The position numbers and the translations under genes were made by a program. The notes beneath the pieces were generated by a model. That model was not told the DNA's origin, searched no databases, and was given only the letters and a program-made list of their open reading frames with translations. Of a stretch of 64,000 bases of DNA, positions 11,101 through 24,472 are shown piece by piece. Source of the stretch: Candidatus Omnitrophota bacterium (GTDB lineage Bacteria > Omnitrophota > Gorgyraeia > Gygaellales > Profunditerraquicolaceae); the NCBI GenBank assembly GCA_030693145.1, contig JAUYBI010000045.1, positions 4,591-68,590 of the forward strand, given 5' to 3'. How positions within the stretch are numbered: the first letter of the stretch is position 1; the number at the start of each line of letters is the position of its first letter.

Positions 11101-12029
11101 TTTTTTGCTTCCCTGGCCTGGCTGATTAAAAATAAAACCGCCATTCTTACGGCAATACCATTGGTTACCTGCTCTAAGATCACTGAATTTTTCCCATCGG
11201 CTACTTCGCTAGACATCTCAATTCCCCGGTTAATCGGGCCCGGATGCATCACCACAATATCTTTTTTGGCTTTAGCTAATCTTTCTTCGGTAATCCCAAA
11301 CTTCTTAAAATAATCCAACTGCTCGGGAAATGCCGTGCCTTCATCGCGCTCAAACTGCATTCTTAAAACATTCACCGCGTCAGCTTTTTTTAAAACTTCA
11401 TCGATATTGCTGGAAGTTTTTGCTCCGGTTAGCTCGATTCCCACCGGAAGCAGCATCTCCGGCGCGCAGAGCGTAACGTTAGCTCCTAATTTAGTCAGGC
11501 CCCAGATATTTGAACGGGCAACCCGGGAATGGGCGATGTCACCGACAATGGCAACGTTTAAACCTTTTATTTTTCCCAGTTTTTCTTTTAAGGTAAAAAT
11601 ATCCAGCAGGGCCTGGGTAGGATGCTCATGCCAGCCGTCTCCGGCATTGACCACGCTGATATCTAAAGCGCGGGCAAGCATATTGGCTGCGCCTGAATAA
11701 TTATGCCGCATAATAATTATGTCGGCTTTCAGCGCCTGGATGTTTTTGCCCGTATCGATTAAAGTTTCGCCTTTGCGCACGCTGGAAGTTTCGGTGGCGA
11801 TATTGATCACATCGGCAGAAAGCCTTTTGGCGGCGACCTCAAAAGATACGCGGGTGCGCGTGGACGGCTCATAAAAAAGATTTACCGCGGTTTTGCCGCG
11901 TAAGGCGGGAACTTTTTTGATCTCCCGCGTGGAAACTTCTTTAAAAGATTCAGCGGTATCTAAAATAAGCTCGATCTCTTCCGGCGTTAAATATTCCAGG
12001 CCCAAAAGGTCCTTCTTGGTCCAACCCAT
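11097..12029 (-). CDS. pyrB: Aspartate carbamoyltransferase catalytic subunit
   Basis: The 310-aa protein has the carbamoyl-phosphate binding motif STRTR and an HPxQ motif. Confidence 0.95.
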   Translation of the reverse strand: MGWTKKDLLGLEYLTPEEIELILDTAESFKEVSTREIKKVPALRGKTAVNLFYEPSTRTRVSFEVAAKRLSADVINIATETSSVRKGETLIDTGKNIQALKADIIIMRHNYSGAANMLARALDISVVNAGDGWHEHPTQALLDIFTLKEKLGKIKGLNVAIVGDIAHSRVARSNIWGLTKLGANVTLCAPEMLLPVGIELTGAKTSSNIDEVLKKADAVNVLRMQFERDEGTAFPEQLDYFKKFGITEERLAKAKKDIVVMHPGPINRGIEMSSEVADGKNSVILEQVTNGIAVRMAVLFLISQAREAKK

Positions 12030-12031
12030 AG

Positions 12032-12680
<649 letters not shown>

Positions 12681-13071
12681 CCGCGATTTTATACATTTTA
12701 TTTACCTTGCCAGCTTCTCTGAGCCGGGCTTAAAGGTTAACTTTATTTAAGTATAGCATCTGCTCTCTCTTTGTCAAGGCTAAATTACAGGCTTGTTATT
12801 GCAAGACTATCCACACGGGATTTGGCTAAAGATGCGCCGCAATCTGCCTGCTCAATTAGCAATTTTACGCCAGATAAACGAAGGGAAGCGATCGCAAAAG
12901 AATCGTTCAAAGATTAAGAGATAAAAAGATAACTGGGTGAGATTTAGGTAGTTGCCCAAACTGGACGCCAGACGAACTTCATATCGTCAAGAAATCTTGC
13001 TACTTGTGAAACTTTATGTCCGCCGTGGCAAAGGCAGCTTTATCCAATTGGACTAATAACTTCTTAATCTT

Positions 13072-13461
13072 TTACTTTAAAGCTTCCCTTGTTTCCAGAC
13101 TGATGATAATTATAGCAATCCAAAGGGTAATGCCAATAAAAAAACCAAATAAAATAAGCATGAAATAGAGGATAAAATATTTTGCATGTTTCTGATAGGC
13201 GAACTTTGTTACTTTTTTTAAAGCAATGATACATACTATCACGCTGAATATGCCCATTAAAGTCAAAATAATTGCTATCGTCTTACCAAAAGGTAGGCTC
13301 ATTAGCTCCATATTAGGGATACGATTAGGATAAAAAAAAGCCTGATAGATATTTGTACACGCCAGGAGTCCTAAAAGGGCCCAAAAGAATTTCCTTCTTT
13401 CCTTTATAATCTTAAGCTTATCATTTGCAGAAATCTCTCTAAATCTCTTTTTTTGCATCAT
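13072..13461 (-). CDS. Hypothetical small membrane protein (3 predicted TM helices)
   Basis: A 129-aa ORF in an AT-rich islet contains long hydrophobic segments and has no recognisable family. Confidence 0.35.
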   Translation of the reverse strand: MMQKKRFREISANDKLKIIKERRKFFWALLGLLACTNIYQAFFYPNRIPNMELMSLPFGKTIAIILTLMGIFSVIVCIIALKKVTKFAYQKHAKYFILYFMLILFGFFIGITLWIAIIIISLETREALK

Positions 13462-13575
13462 TCACCTCAAACCTATAATAAGTTTCAATAAAGACCGTAA
13501 AAATAGGCACATAAATTTAAATGACAACTTTTTTGTTTTAGTTTCTGATAAAGACAGTTATCACTAACACAGAAA

Positions 13576-14064
13576 TCAGCTGTTTTCATTTAATTTTTCA
13601 TATTCTTCTATTATCTCATCTGGGAGAAACCCCATACCAAAGGTCAAAATAACTTCTTCGTCACCAGGTTTCTGTATTGTCCACAGGGGTAAAACTTCTT
13701 TCACTACAATTTCTTTTATTCCAAGTGCTTTCGCTCTTTCTCTATTAATAGTTACCACGTATTGTTTTCCTACGGGGGAAGATAAGGCATAGGCAATAGC
13801 AACTTCTTTCCTTGTAGATGTTTAAACGCCGGATGTTGGCTGGCCCTTAATTTGGCTTGAGACGGCTAGCTGGGGCCTTAAATTTTCAAAACCATAAACC
13901 CCTGAAGGCTTAACAACGACCAATCTTAGGTCTTCGAAAGTTTGTATCCCTTTTGGAATAAGCTTGATACCTATATAAACTTCTTCTGTGCGAAGACCAC
14001 GATATAGGTATTTACTACCTGCATTATCTAGTATTCCATGTTCGGCAAGTTTATCCCAAATCAT
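13576..14064 (-). pseudogene. Hypothetical ORF interrupted by a single in-frame TAA (the track ORFs 13822..14064 and 13576..13758 share one frame)
   Basis: Both track ORFs lie in the same reading frame and are separated only by the TAA at 13822-13824. The 21 codons between them carry no further stop. The product is unrecognised (it has a weak GIY-YIG-like YLYRG...VYIG pattern). Confidence 0.3.
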
Positions 14065-14343
14065 TTATTTCTGCCCTAACGTTTTAATCGCCCAAAAAAT
14101 AAATCTAATAAGAATATAAAAAGGGTATCCTAAAATAATCATCATTCGCCCAAAACCATCTAAGGAATTAAAAGGAGTTACGTCTACCCATTCAGCGAAA
14201 GGATACCCGCTTGTTCCTATTATTCTAAAAGCAAATCCAGCGCCTACAATAGTCAACAAAATAAGCCCTTCCCTCGCTATATTTTTTTTATTTATTGTCA
14301 TTGCCTGCCTCCTTCTAATAAACTTAATAATCCTTTCGCGCAA
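14065..14343 (-). CDS. Hypothetical small membrane protein (2 TM)
   Basis: A 92-aa ORF with a basic N-terminus and two hydrophobic helices, ending directly upstream of the interrupted ORF at 13576-14064 (its stop abuts that ORF's start at 14064). Confidence 0.3.
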   Translation of the reverse strand: MRERIIKFIRRRQAMTINKKNIAREGLILLTIVGAGFAFRIIGTSGYPFAEWVDVTPFNSLDGFGRMMIILGYPFYILIRFIFWAIKTLGQK

Positions 14344-14420
14344 TAAACCTTGATAGCATTTTATGGCTTATTCTAAATCCACGAGTAAACTTTTACAGTA
14401 ATCACTCAGTTTATTTAAAA

Positions 14421-14828
14421 CTACACCCTGATTATCCCGCTTCCCCATTGATAAATCCTTGTCGTTACCTTGACCATTTCATCGGCATCGGCTTTATGCA
14501 CGCTGCGGCATTCATACTGAACGAGATTTTTACGGGCGATGACTTTACGTAACTGTCTGGATCTTTCCTGCGCGCCTTCAAGCGGCAAACTGGCCACCAG
14601 ATCGCAAACATCCAGATGATCCTGCGATACTGAACGAACACCTTTCTCGTAGACGCAAATCGCATCTGCCGATGAGATCGCGCACTGAACAGCCAATGTC
14701 GCTGCCGCATTCCAGTTTAACGCATTAAAAGCAGTTAACATCTGCTCGTAATTATCAGCTGCTTTTTTCAAATAATCCACTGCTACAGACCTCTCCTCCT
14801 GCCTGATTTTCATCTCGCGAGCAGCCAT
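14421..14828 (-). CDS. HEPN-like protein, the putative toxin partner of the upstream nucleotidyltransferase
   Basis: A 135-aa all-helical ORF lies 3 nt downstream of the MNT gene, in the typical MNT-HEPN order. The R-x4-6-H motif is not clearly intact (RKNLVQY). Confidence 0.4.
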   Translation of the reverse strand: MAAREMKIRQEERSVAVDYLKKAADNYEQMLTAFNALNWNAAATLAVQCAISSADAICVYEKGVRSVSQDHLDVCDLVASLPLEGAQERSRQLRKVIARKNLVQYECRSVHKADADEMVKVTTRIYQWGSGIIRV

Positions 14829-14830
14829 AT

Positions 14831-15460
14831 CTACACCTCTAAAGGTTCTTTACCATACAAGACAGAGTAAGATTTCATCAGTGTTGAAACCGGCGGCTTA
14901 TTCTTTTTAAGCCGCTTCTTAAATTCATCCGCTGACTTAATATAAGGATCAACTTGAACCCCGAAATATGCCTTGAATCGAGGGATTACTTCGAAGGAGA
15001 AGACATTCTCGACTGATCGAAGATCCGAAACGCGGGATACTACTACGGCGACATCAACATCACTTCCCTTTTTTGCTTTCTCGGTTTGCACGCTTCCATA
15101 AAGAATTAAAGACGCTATTTTCGCCTTAATCTTATTTTTCTTTAATTCATTTAAAAGAAAATCCCGGATCTCATTCTTAAAATTACTCTCAGCGGCAAAC
15201 ATGGGACGAATGATTTTTTGCACAATTCGATCCTCTTCATTCAAGGCATAAATATGTTGCTTGCCTATAATGTCTAATTTTAAGATGTTACGTTCATGTA
15301 GATTCTTTAATGAATCGTGCGTAGAAGGGGCGGAATAGCCCACAAGTTTGGCAATTTGGCGCCCTGTGGCTTTGAGTCCTCTGCGAGAAGCAAAAACTCG
15401 CAGAATGGCCAGTTTGGATGGGGAATCAACAATGTCTTCGACTTGGAATGTAGCAACCAT
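14831..15460 (-). CDS. Minimal nucleotidyltransferase (MNT) with an N-terminal winged-helix domain; putative antitoxin
   Basis: The NTase signature YGSVQTEKAKKGSDVDVAVVV (GS...DxD) follows an N-terminal HTH-like segment (SRRGLKATGRQIAKLVGYS). Confidence 0.6.
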   Translation of the reverse strand: MVATFQVEDIVDSPSKLAILRVFASRRGLKATGRQIAKLVGYSAPSTHDSLKNLHERNILKLDIIGKQHIYALNEEDRIVQKIIRPMFAAESNFKNEIRDFLLNELKKNKIKAKIASLILYGSVQTEKAKKGSDVDVAVVVSRVSDLRSVENVFSFEVIPRFKAYFGVQVDPYIKSADEFKKRLKKNKPPVSTLMKSYSVLYGKEPLEV

Positions 15461-15476
15461 AAATTAAACCTAACAT

Positions 15477-15526
15477 ATGTAAGGTTAACCTTACATGGAG
15501 TATAACATTTCCCAAGAAATTGTCAA
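15477..15526 (-). promoter_or_regulatory. Sigma70-like promoter plus a perfect 20-bp palindromic operator for the MNT-HEPN operon
   Basis: On the minus strand, TTGACA (15526-15521) is followed by a 16-nt spacer and TATACT (15504-15499). Three nt downstream is the perfect palindrome ATGTAAGGTTAACCTTACAT (15477-15496), 16 nt before the MNT ATG. Confidence 0.55.
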
Positions 15527-15539
15527 CTGAAAAAATAAG

Positions 15540-16223
15540 CTAAATTACAATTACAAACTCACCCCGAGGCTTATTTACGCTCAGTTTTTCTTGAATGATC
15601 TTAGGATTAGCGCGCAGAATTTCCTCAAATTTCTTGGTTAACTCCCGGGCTACCGTAATTTCTTTATCCCCAAAGACCAAACCAATATCCTCCAGGCTAG
15701 CTAAAATCCTGTGGCAGGATTCATAAAAAACCAAGGTACAGCCGAGCTTTTTAAGTTTTTCCAGCTGATTTTTGCGCGCTCCGGTGCGGTTAGGTAAAAA
15801 CCCGGCAAAATAAAATTCATGGGCCGGTTTCCCCGATAATACGAGCGCATTTACAAAAGCCGCAGCCCCGGGAATAAACGTCATCGCCAAATTGTTTTGT
15901 ATCGCCAGGTTAATTAAATTATACCCGGGGTCAAGAATTCCCGGGGTGCCGGCATCCGAAACCAAGGCAATATTTTTTCCCGCTTTTAGCAAGCCGACTA
16001 AATACTCGCCTTTGGTAAACCTATTATGCTGAAAAAAACTGGTGGTGGGAGTTTTAATTTCGTAATGCGTAAGTAAAATTTTAGTGTGCCGCGTATCTTC
16101 ACAGGCAATTAAATCAACGCTTTTGAGGACTTCGATCGCCCGAAAAGTTATGTCTTTTAGGTTACCGATTGGGGTTGCAACAATGTAGAGCATAAGATTG
16201 CTTCGCCGCTGCGCTCCTCGCAA
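15540..16223 (-). CDS. rsmI: 16S rRNA (cytidine1402-2'-O)-methyltransferase
   Basis: The N-terminus has the RsmI signature LYIVATPIGNLKDITFRAIEVLKSVDLIACEDTRHT. The start is a TTG. Confidence 0.88.
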   Translation of the reverse strand: MRGAQRRSNLMLYIVATPIGNLKDITFRAIEVLKSVDLIACEDTRHTKILLTHYEIKTPTTSFFQHNRFTKGEYLVGLLKAGKNIALVSDAGTPGILDPGYNLINLAIQNNLAMTFIPGAAAFVNALVLSGKPAHEFYFAGFLPNRTGARKNQLEKLKKLGCTLVFYESCHRILASLEDIGLVFGDKEITVARELTKKFEEILRANPKIIQEKLSVNKPRGEFVIVI

Positions 16224-16234
16224 TGACGCCCTTG

Positions 16235-18073
16235 TTATTCTACAGTTACGGACTTGGCTAAATTGCGCGGCTGGTCCACATCGCAGCCTCGCTTGACGGC
16301 AATATGATACGCCAACAACTGCAGCGGCAAAACTACTAAAAGCGGAGAAAAAATTTCCTCTATTTTGGGGATATAAATTACTTCCCGGGTTAATTCTTTA
16401 ATCTCCTGGTCTCCTGCGGTGGCAATGGCAATAACTTTTCCTTTACGGGAACGAATCTCCTGAATATTAGAAATCATCTTTTCATAAACCTTGGAGCTGG
16501 GTGTAATACAAACCACCGCCCGATATTCATCGATTAAAGCAATCGGCCCATGCTTCATCTCTCCGGCCGCATAACCTTCGGCCGGAATATAGGAAATCTC
16601 TTTTAGTTTCAAGGCCCCTTCTAAAGCCGAAGGGTAATTTACGTTCCTGCCTAGATACAAAAACGACCCTAAGTGCGAATGCTTACGGGCTAAAGCAGCA
16701 ATGGGCTTCTGTTGCTTTAGAATCTGAGCTTGATACTCGGGAACTTTACATAACTCCGTTAATAATTTATTAATCCTGGCGCCGGATAAAACTCCTTTGA
16801 TCCGTGCCAGATAAAAAGCAAATAAATACAGCGCCGTCAGTTGAGCGGTGTAAGCTTTGGTCGAGGCAACTCCGATCTCCGGGCCGGCATGAATATAAAT
16901 TACGCCGTCAGATTCACGCGTCAGCGTTGAACCTAAAACATTACATATAGAAATTACAGTACAGCCATGCCGTTTAGCCTCCCGGATACCGGCTAAAGTA
17001 TCCGCTGTCTCCCCGGACTGGCTGATGGCAATTACCAATGTTTCCGGGCCAATCAAAAGGTCCCGATACCTGAATTCACTGGAAACATCGATTTGCGCAG
17101 GGACATGGCAAAGTGATTCCAGCACATATTTAGCGACCATGCCGGCATGATAGGCTGTGCCGCAAGCAACAATAAAAATATTTTTTATATCTTTAAGCTT
17201 AGTTTCTGAAATATTCTGCTCTTTGAAAAATAGCTTACCGGTCTCCTTATCTATACGGGAATTAATTAGGTTTTCTAATATCTTGGGCTGCTCATTAATT
17301 TCTTTGAGCATAAAATGAGCAAACCCTGATTTTTCTGCTTGATCCACATCCCAATTAATATGCGTGGTTGCCTTAAAAATAGCTTTTCCCCCAAGGCTGC
17401 TGATTTTAAAATGGTCTTTCTCTAAAACGACAATTTCATTTTCGTCAAGAAAAACAACTTCTTTGGTAAAACCCAGGACTGCCGGAACATCCGAAGCCAG
17501 AAAATTTTCCCCTTTGCCCACCCCGACAATTAAGGGGCTGCCCAAGCGCGCCCCCACTAATTTATTTGGCTCATTAACTGAAATTACTCCGATCGCAAAT
17601 GAACCTACTAAGAGCTTGAGCGCCAAGGCTACGGCTTTTTCCAGAGGAATGTTTTTATAAAATTTTTCAATTAGGTGGACGATTACTTCCGTGTCCGTCT
17701 GGCTGCGGAAGATATGCCCCTCTTTAATCAATTGTTTTTTAAGCGCTTCATGATTTTCAATAATTCCGTTGTGTACGACAGCGATTTGCCCGGCACAATC
17801 ATGATGCGGATGAGCATTGGCCTGCGTAGGAGCTCCATGCGTTGCCCAGCGCGTGTGCGCAATGCCGGCCATCCCGCAGAGAGGCTTGTTTTTCACTAAC
17901 TTTTCCAATACGCTTATTTTTCCGGGAGCTTTTCTTATTCCGATATTTTTTTTATGAGGCAGGATTAATGCTATACCGCTGGAATCATAGCCGCGGTATT
18001 CCAGGCGCTTTAAACTGGCTAAAAGTATGGGCTGTGCTTCTCTTACACCGATATATCCGACTATTCCGCACAC
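16235..18073 (-). CDS. glmS: Glutamine--fructose-6-phosphate aminotransferase
   Basis: The 612-aa protein begins with a GTG start followed directly by the catalytic Cys (MCGIVGYIG). It has an N-terminal glutaminase domain and two SIS domains. Confidence 0.93.
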   Translation of the reverse strand: MCGIVGYIGVREAQPILLASLKRLEYRGYDSSGIALILPHKKNIGIRKAPGKISVLEKLVKNKPLCGMAGIAHTRWATHGAPTQANAHPHHDCAGQIAVVHNGIIENHEALKKQLIKEGHIFRSQTDTEVIVHLIEKFYKNIPLEKAVALALKLLVGSFAIGVISVNEPNKLVGARLGSPLIVGVGKGENFLASDVPAVLGFTKEVVFLDENEIVVLEKDHFKISSLGGKAIFKATTHINWDVDQAEKSGFAHFMLKEINEQPKILENLINSRIDKETGKLFFKEQNISETKLKDIKNIFIVACGTAYHAGMVAKYVLESLCHVPAQIDVSSEFRYRDLLIGPETLVIAISQSGETADTLAGIREAKRHGCTVISICNVLGSTLTRESDGVIYIHAGPEIGVASTKAYTAQLTALYLFAFYLARIKGVLSGARINKLLTELCKVPEYQAQILKQQKPIAALARKHSHLGSFLYLGRNVNYPSALEGALKLKEISYIPAEGYAAGEMKHGPIALIDEYRAVVCITPSSKVYEKMISNIQEIRSRKGKVIAIATAGDQEIKELTREVIYIPKIEEIFSPLLVVLPLQLLAYHIAVKRGCDVDQPRNLAKSVTVE

Positions 18074-18092
18074 ATGAGCACCTTAAATTTAA

Positions 18093-18167
18093 TGACCCCA
18101 ACGGGATTTGAACCCGTGTCGAGAGCTTGAAAAGCTCTTGTCCTGGACCAGGCTAGACGATGGGGTC
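18093..18167 (-). tRNA. tRNA-Glu (anticodon TTC)
   Basis: The minus-strand sequence GACCCCATCGTCTAGCCTGGTCCAGGACAAGAGCTTTTCAAGCTCTCGACACGGGTTCAAATCCCGTTGGGGTCA has a Glu-type D-arm and the anticodon loop TTTTCAA. Confidence 0.8.
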
Positions 18168-18172
18168 GAGTT

Positions 18173-21100
18173 TTATGCTTCCTCTTCCGCGATTACCGGA
18201 GCGACACAGGAAACCCGGTCTTTGTCCTGCAACTTAATTAAGCGTACACCCTGAGACGAGCGGCCGGTTTCACGGATATCTTTGATCGCGCAGCGTAAAA
18301 ATATTCCATTCTGGGTAATAACCATCAGCTCATCTTTATCATTTACGGTTTTTAGATTTACTGCCTGGCCGTTTTTATCGGTAACCTTAATATTGATTAC
18401 CCCTTTACCTCCGCGGCTGGTTAACCGGTATTCATCGATGGTCGTGCGTTTTGCAAAACCTAACTCCGTAACCGTCAAGATAGTTGAAGCCTTTTGCGGA
18501 ACCACCATATCAATAACTTCATCTTTTTTAGCCAAAGATATCGCGCGCACGCCACGGGCGCCTCTGCCCATTTCCCGCACTTTTTCTTCAGAGAATCTTA
18601 TGGCCTTGCCCTGTTTGGTCCCAATAAGTAATTCCTGTTTTCCATCAGTCATCTCTACGCCAATTAATGCATCATCCTTATCTAAAGTAATCCCGATAAT
18701 GCCGCCTTTACGCGGATTACCGTAGGCTTCAAGTTTAGTTTTTTTGATCTGGCCTAACTTAGTGACCATGACCAAATATTTATCCGCGGAAAATTCTTTT
18801 ACCGGAATAGTCGAACTCACCTTAGCTGACTGCTCCATCTGCACCAGATTAACAATAGCTTTGCCCTTAGATATGCGGCTGGCCTGAGGAATTTCATAAA
18901 CCTTTAACCAGTGCACCTGTCCTTTATCCGTAAAAATAAGCAGGTAATCTTTGGTTGAAGCAACAAAAAGATGCTCGCTAAAATCTTCTTCTTTTAATTC
19001 CGCCCCCATTGCCCCGGTTCCTCCGCGCTTTTGTTTACGATAAGAGCTTACCGGCAAACGCTTAATATAACCACCGTGGCTGATGGTAACCACCACATCC
19101 TCGTCGGCAATTAAATCTTCCACTTCCAGCTCTTCTGCCTCTCCCACAATATCTGTGCGGCGGGAATCCCCATATTTTTTCATTAACCCCTGTAGCTCTT
19201 CTTTAATAATTGTTTCAATCTTTTTAAGTGAGCCAAGAATTGCCCGGCATTCTTCAATTTTCTTTAAAAGTTCCGCATACTCGGCATCAAGTTTATCACG
19301 CTCAAGAGCGGTTAAACGCTGTAACTGCATTTCCAGGATCGCCTGAGATTGAATCTCAGAAAGCTCAAACTCCTTCATTAAATTTAGCTTGGCTGCTTCC
19401 ACGCTCTTGGAAGTCTTAATTACCTGAATAATCCGGTCAATAAATTTGAGCGCGATTTTTAAGCCTTCTAAAATATGCGCGCGCTTTAAAGCTTTATCTA
19501 ATTCAAACTGCATGCGCCTGCGGATAACTACCCGGCGATGTTCGATAAAACAGTCTAATACCTGACGTAAATTTAAAACTTTTGGCCGGTTATCCACCAA
19601 GGCCAGCATAATAATCCCAAAGGTATTTTCTAATTGCGTATGCTTAAAAAGCTGATTTAAAACAATCTGGGATTCAATGTCGCGCTTAAGCTCAACGACA
19701 ATGCGCATACCTTCTTTATCGGATTCATCGCGAATATCGGATATACCTTCGATTTTTTTATCATCCACTAAATTGGCAATGGCCTCAATCAGTCCGGACT
19801 TTTGAACCTGATAAGGAATCTCAGTAAAGATAATCAGATCTTTGCCGTTCTTCTGGTGCTCCACAGTTGCCCGGGAGCGCACCAGAAGCTTGCCTCTTCC
19901 GGTGGTATATGCATCTTTAATTCCACCCTTGCCGCAAATTAAACCACCGGTAGGAAAATCCGGCCCTTTAATATAACGCATCAAATCTTTAATTTCTGCT
20001 TCAGGATTATCGAGCAAATAAATGATTGCATCGCAGACTTCGCTTAAATTATGCGGCGGTATATTTGTAGCCATACCGACGGCAATACCGCTGGAACCAT
20101 TAACCAAAAGATTAGGCAGAGTCGCCGGTAAAAGCAGAGGTTCTTTTAAAGAAGAATCAAAGTTTGGCCCAAAATTAACTGTTTCCTTGTCAATATCACC
20201 CAACATCTCGTCGCTAACCGCGGCCAGACGGGCCTCGGTATTATGACTTATAAATCCATTGGATACAAATGAGTGGCATGGACTATCCACTTTGATTGAA
20301 TAGACTCTCTTCTTACCGGCATCTTCTATCGAAACAATTTTATCAAAGATATATTTATTTTTTATCAAACTCTCAAATAAACAAATATCGTTTTTATCAA
20401 GAACTCTTCTTAGCCTAGGCCAGTATTTTTCTATTTTTGGATACCTATCAATGTTGTGTTTTTTTAGCCATTCTATGTTCCCCCAATATTTTCTCATGCA
20501 CCGAATGCTTTTTTTACGAATATAGTCGGCGATGTAGGGAATAAAATCTGTCTTAGACATAACCCAATCAGTTTTATTGCGATTACAAATATCTATTAGC
20601 CTTTCACGACTTTTCTTGGTAGCGAAATTTATTTGATTTTTAAATAAATCGAGATTATTGCGGCCCCTAATAAACAACCTAAAATAGTTTTTTTGCTTAT
20701 GGAATCTATACGATGAATCAATGCCAAACATTAGCAAAAAAACTTGTAAACCTTGAATCAATTTTCCACTGGTGGATATCAAGCTAACATCGGGGTTTCT
20801 TTTGCCAACACAAATACTACCATCTCCCTCCGCATAACCTTTTATAAATGCGGCGACTGATTTTTTCGAAGAAGAAAAAATTATATCTGGAATGGTTTTA
20901 TCATAAGCTCGCAATTGACGTAACCCTAGATTTTTCAAAAAATCTATAACATGCCTTGAATGAATTTCTAAATAAGTGCACTTCTTTTTCCCATAACCCA
21001 ATGGTTTTCTTACAAATTCATGCAGCCTGCAATCGGGGAATGCTCGCTGGAAACACAATTTAAAATCCCGCAGAAACTCTTTATCCCCATTACAGAATCC

Positions 21101-21928
21101 AATCTGTTCTTTGCTTATAGAACCTTCTGCAATTAGCGCTCCCAAAATAAAAGCCAGATCTGTATTCATAGCGCGAGGGAATTTATGATCCTGCCTTCTA
21201 TTTCGAAGTTCTGGATAAAATTTCTTTAATAAAGGTTCTCTTGAAGGGAATAACGAACCGCTTCTGCTGACTACGACAAAATCGCCATTTTCTATATTAT
21301 TTAATAGTTTCCAAACTAATTTTGGCTTTGTTCCATTACGTTGCCACGTTAAAATAGGATGATTCATGCTCCCGCATAAGTTAAAACCTCTAAAAGTAGT
21401 AATTTTTTTAGTTAAATGCTCTCCGGAATCAAACCATTTTGAAACATGATTTATCTTATTATTTAATGAAAGTACTCGAAAACCTGTTTTGGAATGACGA
21501 GACAGCTCGTCTATTCTTTGTAGCCCTTTATCTGTAACAATCAGAGTATCTCCGGTGACGCAATATCTCATCGCGGCAGCTGCATCCCCGTCGACCGATC
21601 CAAAATTTCCTTGGCCATCAACCAGCGGATAGCGCAAAGAAAAATCCTGCGCCATTCTTACCAGAGTGTCATAAATAGCAACATCGCCGTGCGGATGATA
21701 TTTGCCCATCGTTTCCCCGACGATGCGGGCGCATTTTTTATAGGGCTTGGAATGTTCCAGATTAAGTTCCCGCATGGCGTAAAGAATCCTCCGGTGCACG
21801 GGCTTTAAGCCATCGCGCACATCGGGCAGGGCGCGGCCAACAATTACGCTCATGGCATAATTTAGGTAGGAGTCCTTAACTTCATCCTCAATGTAAACCT
21901 GAATTATTTTTTCGTTGCGCGTGTACAT
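18173..21928 (-). CDS. gyrA: DNA gyrase subunit A with an in-frame intein
   Basis: The 1251-aa ORF has GyrA sequence (AAAAMRY...) through residue 122. It is then interrupted at the active-site Tyr by a 441-aa insert that begins CVTGDTLIV and ends FISHN, followed by [12 protein letters not shown]... The flanking halves sum to a normal GyrA of about 810 aa. Confidence 0.9.
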   Translation of the reverse strand: MYTRNEKIIQVYIEDEVKDSYLNYAMSVIVGRALPDVRDGLKPVHRRILYAMRELNLEHSKPYKKCARIVGETMGKYHPHGDVAIYDTLVRMAQDFSLRYPLVDGQGNFGSVDGDAAAAMRYCVTGDTLIVTDKGLQRIDELSRHSKTGFRVLSLNNKINHVSKWFDSGEHLTKKITTFRGFNLCGSMNHPILTWQRNGTKPKLVWKLLNNIENGDFVVVSRSGSLFPSREPLLKKFYPELRNRRQDHKFPRAMNTDLAFILGALIAEGSISKEQIGFCNGDKEFLRDFKLCFQRAFPDCRLHEFVRKPLGYGKKKCTYLEIHSRHVIDFLKNLGLRQLRAYDKTIPDIIFSSSKKSVAAFIKGYAEGDGSICVGKRNPDVSLISTSGKLIQGLQVFLLMFGIDSSYRFHKQKNYFRLFIRGRNNLDLFKNQINFATKKSRERLIDICNRNKTDWVMSKTDFIPYIADYIRKKSIRCMRKYWGNIEWLKKHNIDRYPKIEKYWPRLRRVLDKNDICLFESLIKNKYIFDKIVSIEDAGKKRVYSIKVDSPCHSFVSNGFISHNTEARLAAVSDEMLGDIDKETVNFGPNFDSSLKEPLLLPATLPNLLVNGSSGIAVGMATNIPPHNLSEVCDAIIYLLDNPEAEIKDLMRYIKGPDFPTGGLICGKGGIKDAYTTGRGKLLVRSRATVEHQKNGKDLIIFTEIPYQVQKSGLIEAIANLVDDKKIEGISDIRDESDKEGMRIVVELKRDIESQIVLNQLFKHTQLENTFGIIMLALVDNRPKVLNLRQVLDCFIEHRRVVIRRRMQFELDKALKRAHILEGLKIALKFIDRIIQVIKTSKSVEAAKLNLMKEFELSEIQSQAILEMQLQRLTALERDKLDAEYAELLKKIEECRAILGSLKKIETIIKEELQGLMKKYGDSRRTDIVGEAEELEVEDLIADEDVVVTISHGGYIKRLPVSSYRKQKRGGTGAMGAELKEEDFSEHLFVASTKDYLLIFTDKGQVHWLKVYEIPQASRISKGKAIVNLVQMEQSAKVSSTIPVKEFSADKYLVMVTKLGQIKKTKLEAYGNPRKGGIIGITLDKDDALIGVEMTDGKQELLIGTKQGKAIRFSEEKVREMGRGARGVRAISLAKKDEVIDMVVPQKASTILTVTELGFAKRTTIDEYRLTSRGGKGVINIKVTDKNGQAVNLKTVNDKDELMVITQNGIFLRCAIKDIRETGRSSQGVRLIKLQDKDRVSCVAPVIAEEEA
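20240..21562 (-). mobile_element. GyrA intein with a LAGLIDADG homing-endonuclease domain
   Basis: Splicing blocks are present: an N-terminal Cys (CVTGDTLIV), block B (NHPILT), and the C-terminal HN followed by a Thr +1 residue. Two LAGLIDADG-type motifs are present ([14 protein letters not shown] and [14 protein letters not shown]). The insert is AT-rich relative to the extein. Confidence 0.85.
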
Positions 21929-21930
21929 GA

Positions 21931-24411
<2,481 letters not shown>

Positions 24412-24472
24412 CTAGTCGACACTTCGACTTTGCTCAGTGTCGATGGTGAGCCAAGTCGAACCATCGAATGGG

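Noticed and set aside
12980-13000. GTGAAAC-containing sequence as a parS half-site.
   Set aside because: It is not palindromic and matches parS at only about 7 positions. It is most likely chance.
13822-13824. Stop-codon reassignment (alternative genetic code) as the explanation for the in-frame TAA.
   Set aside because: All other genes in the window terminate normally with TAA, TAG or TGA and show standard-code conservation. TAA reassignment is not known in bacteria. A pseudogene or a sequencing error is far more likely.
14465-14710. An 81-aa ORF nested in another frame of the HEPN-like gene.
   Set aside because: It is in the same-strand alternative frame of a better-supported ORF and has no start context.
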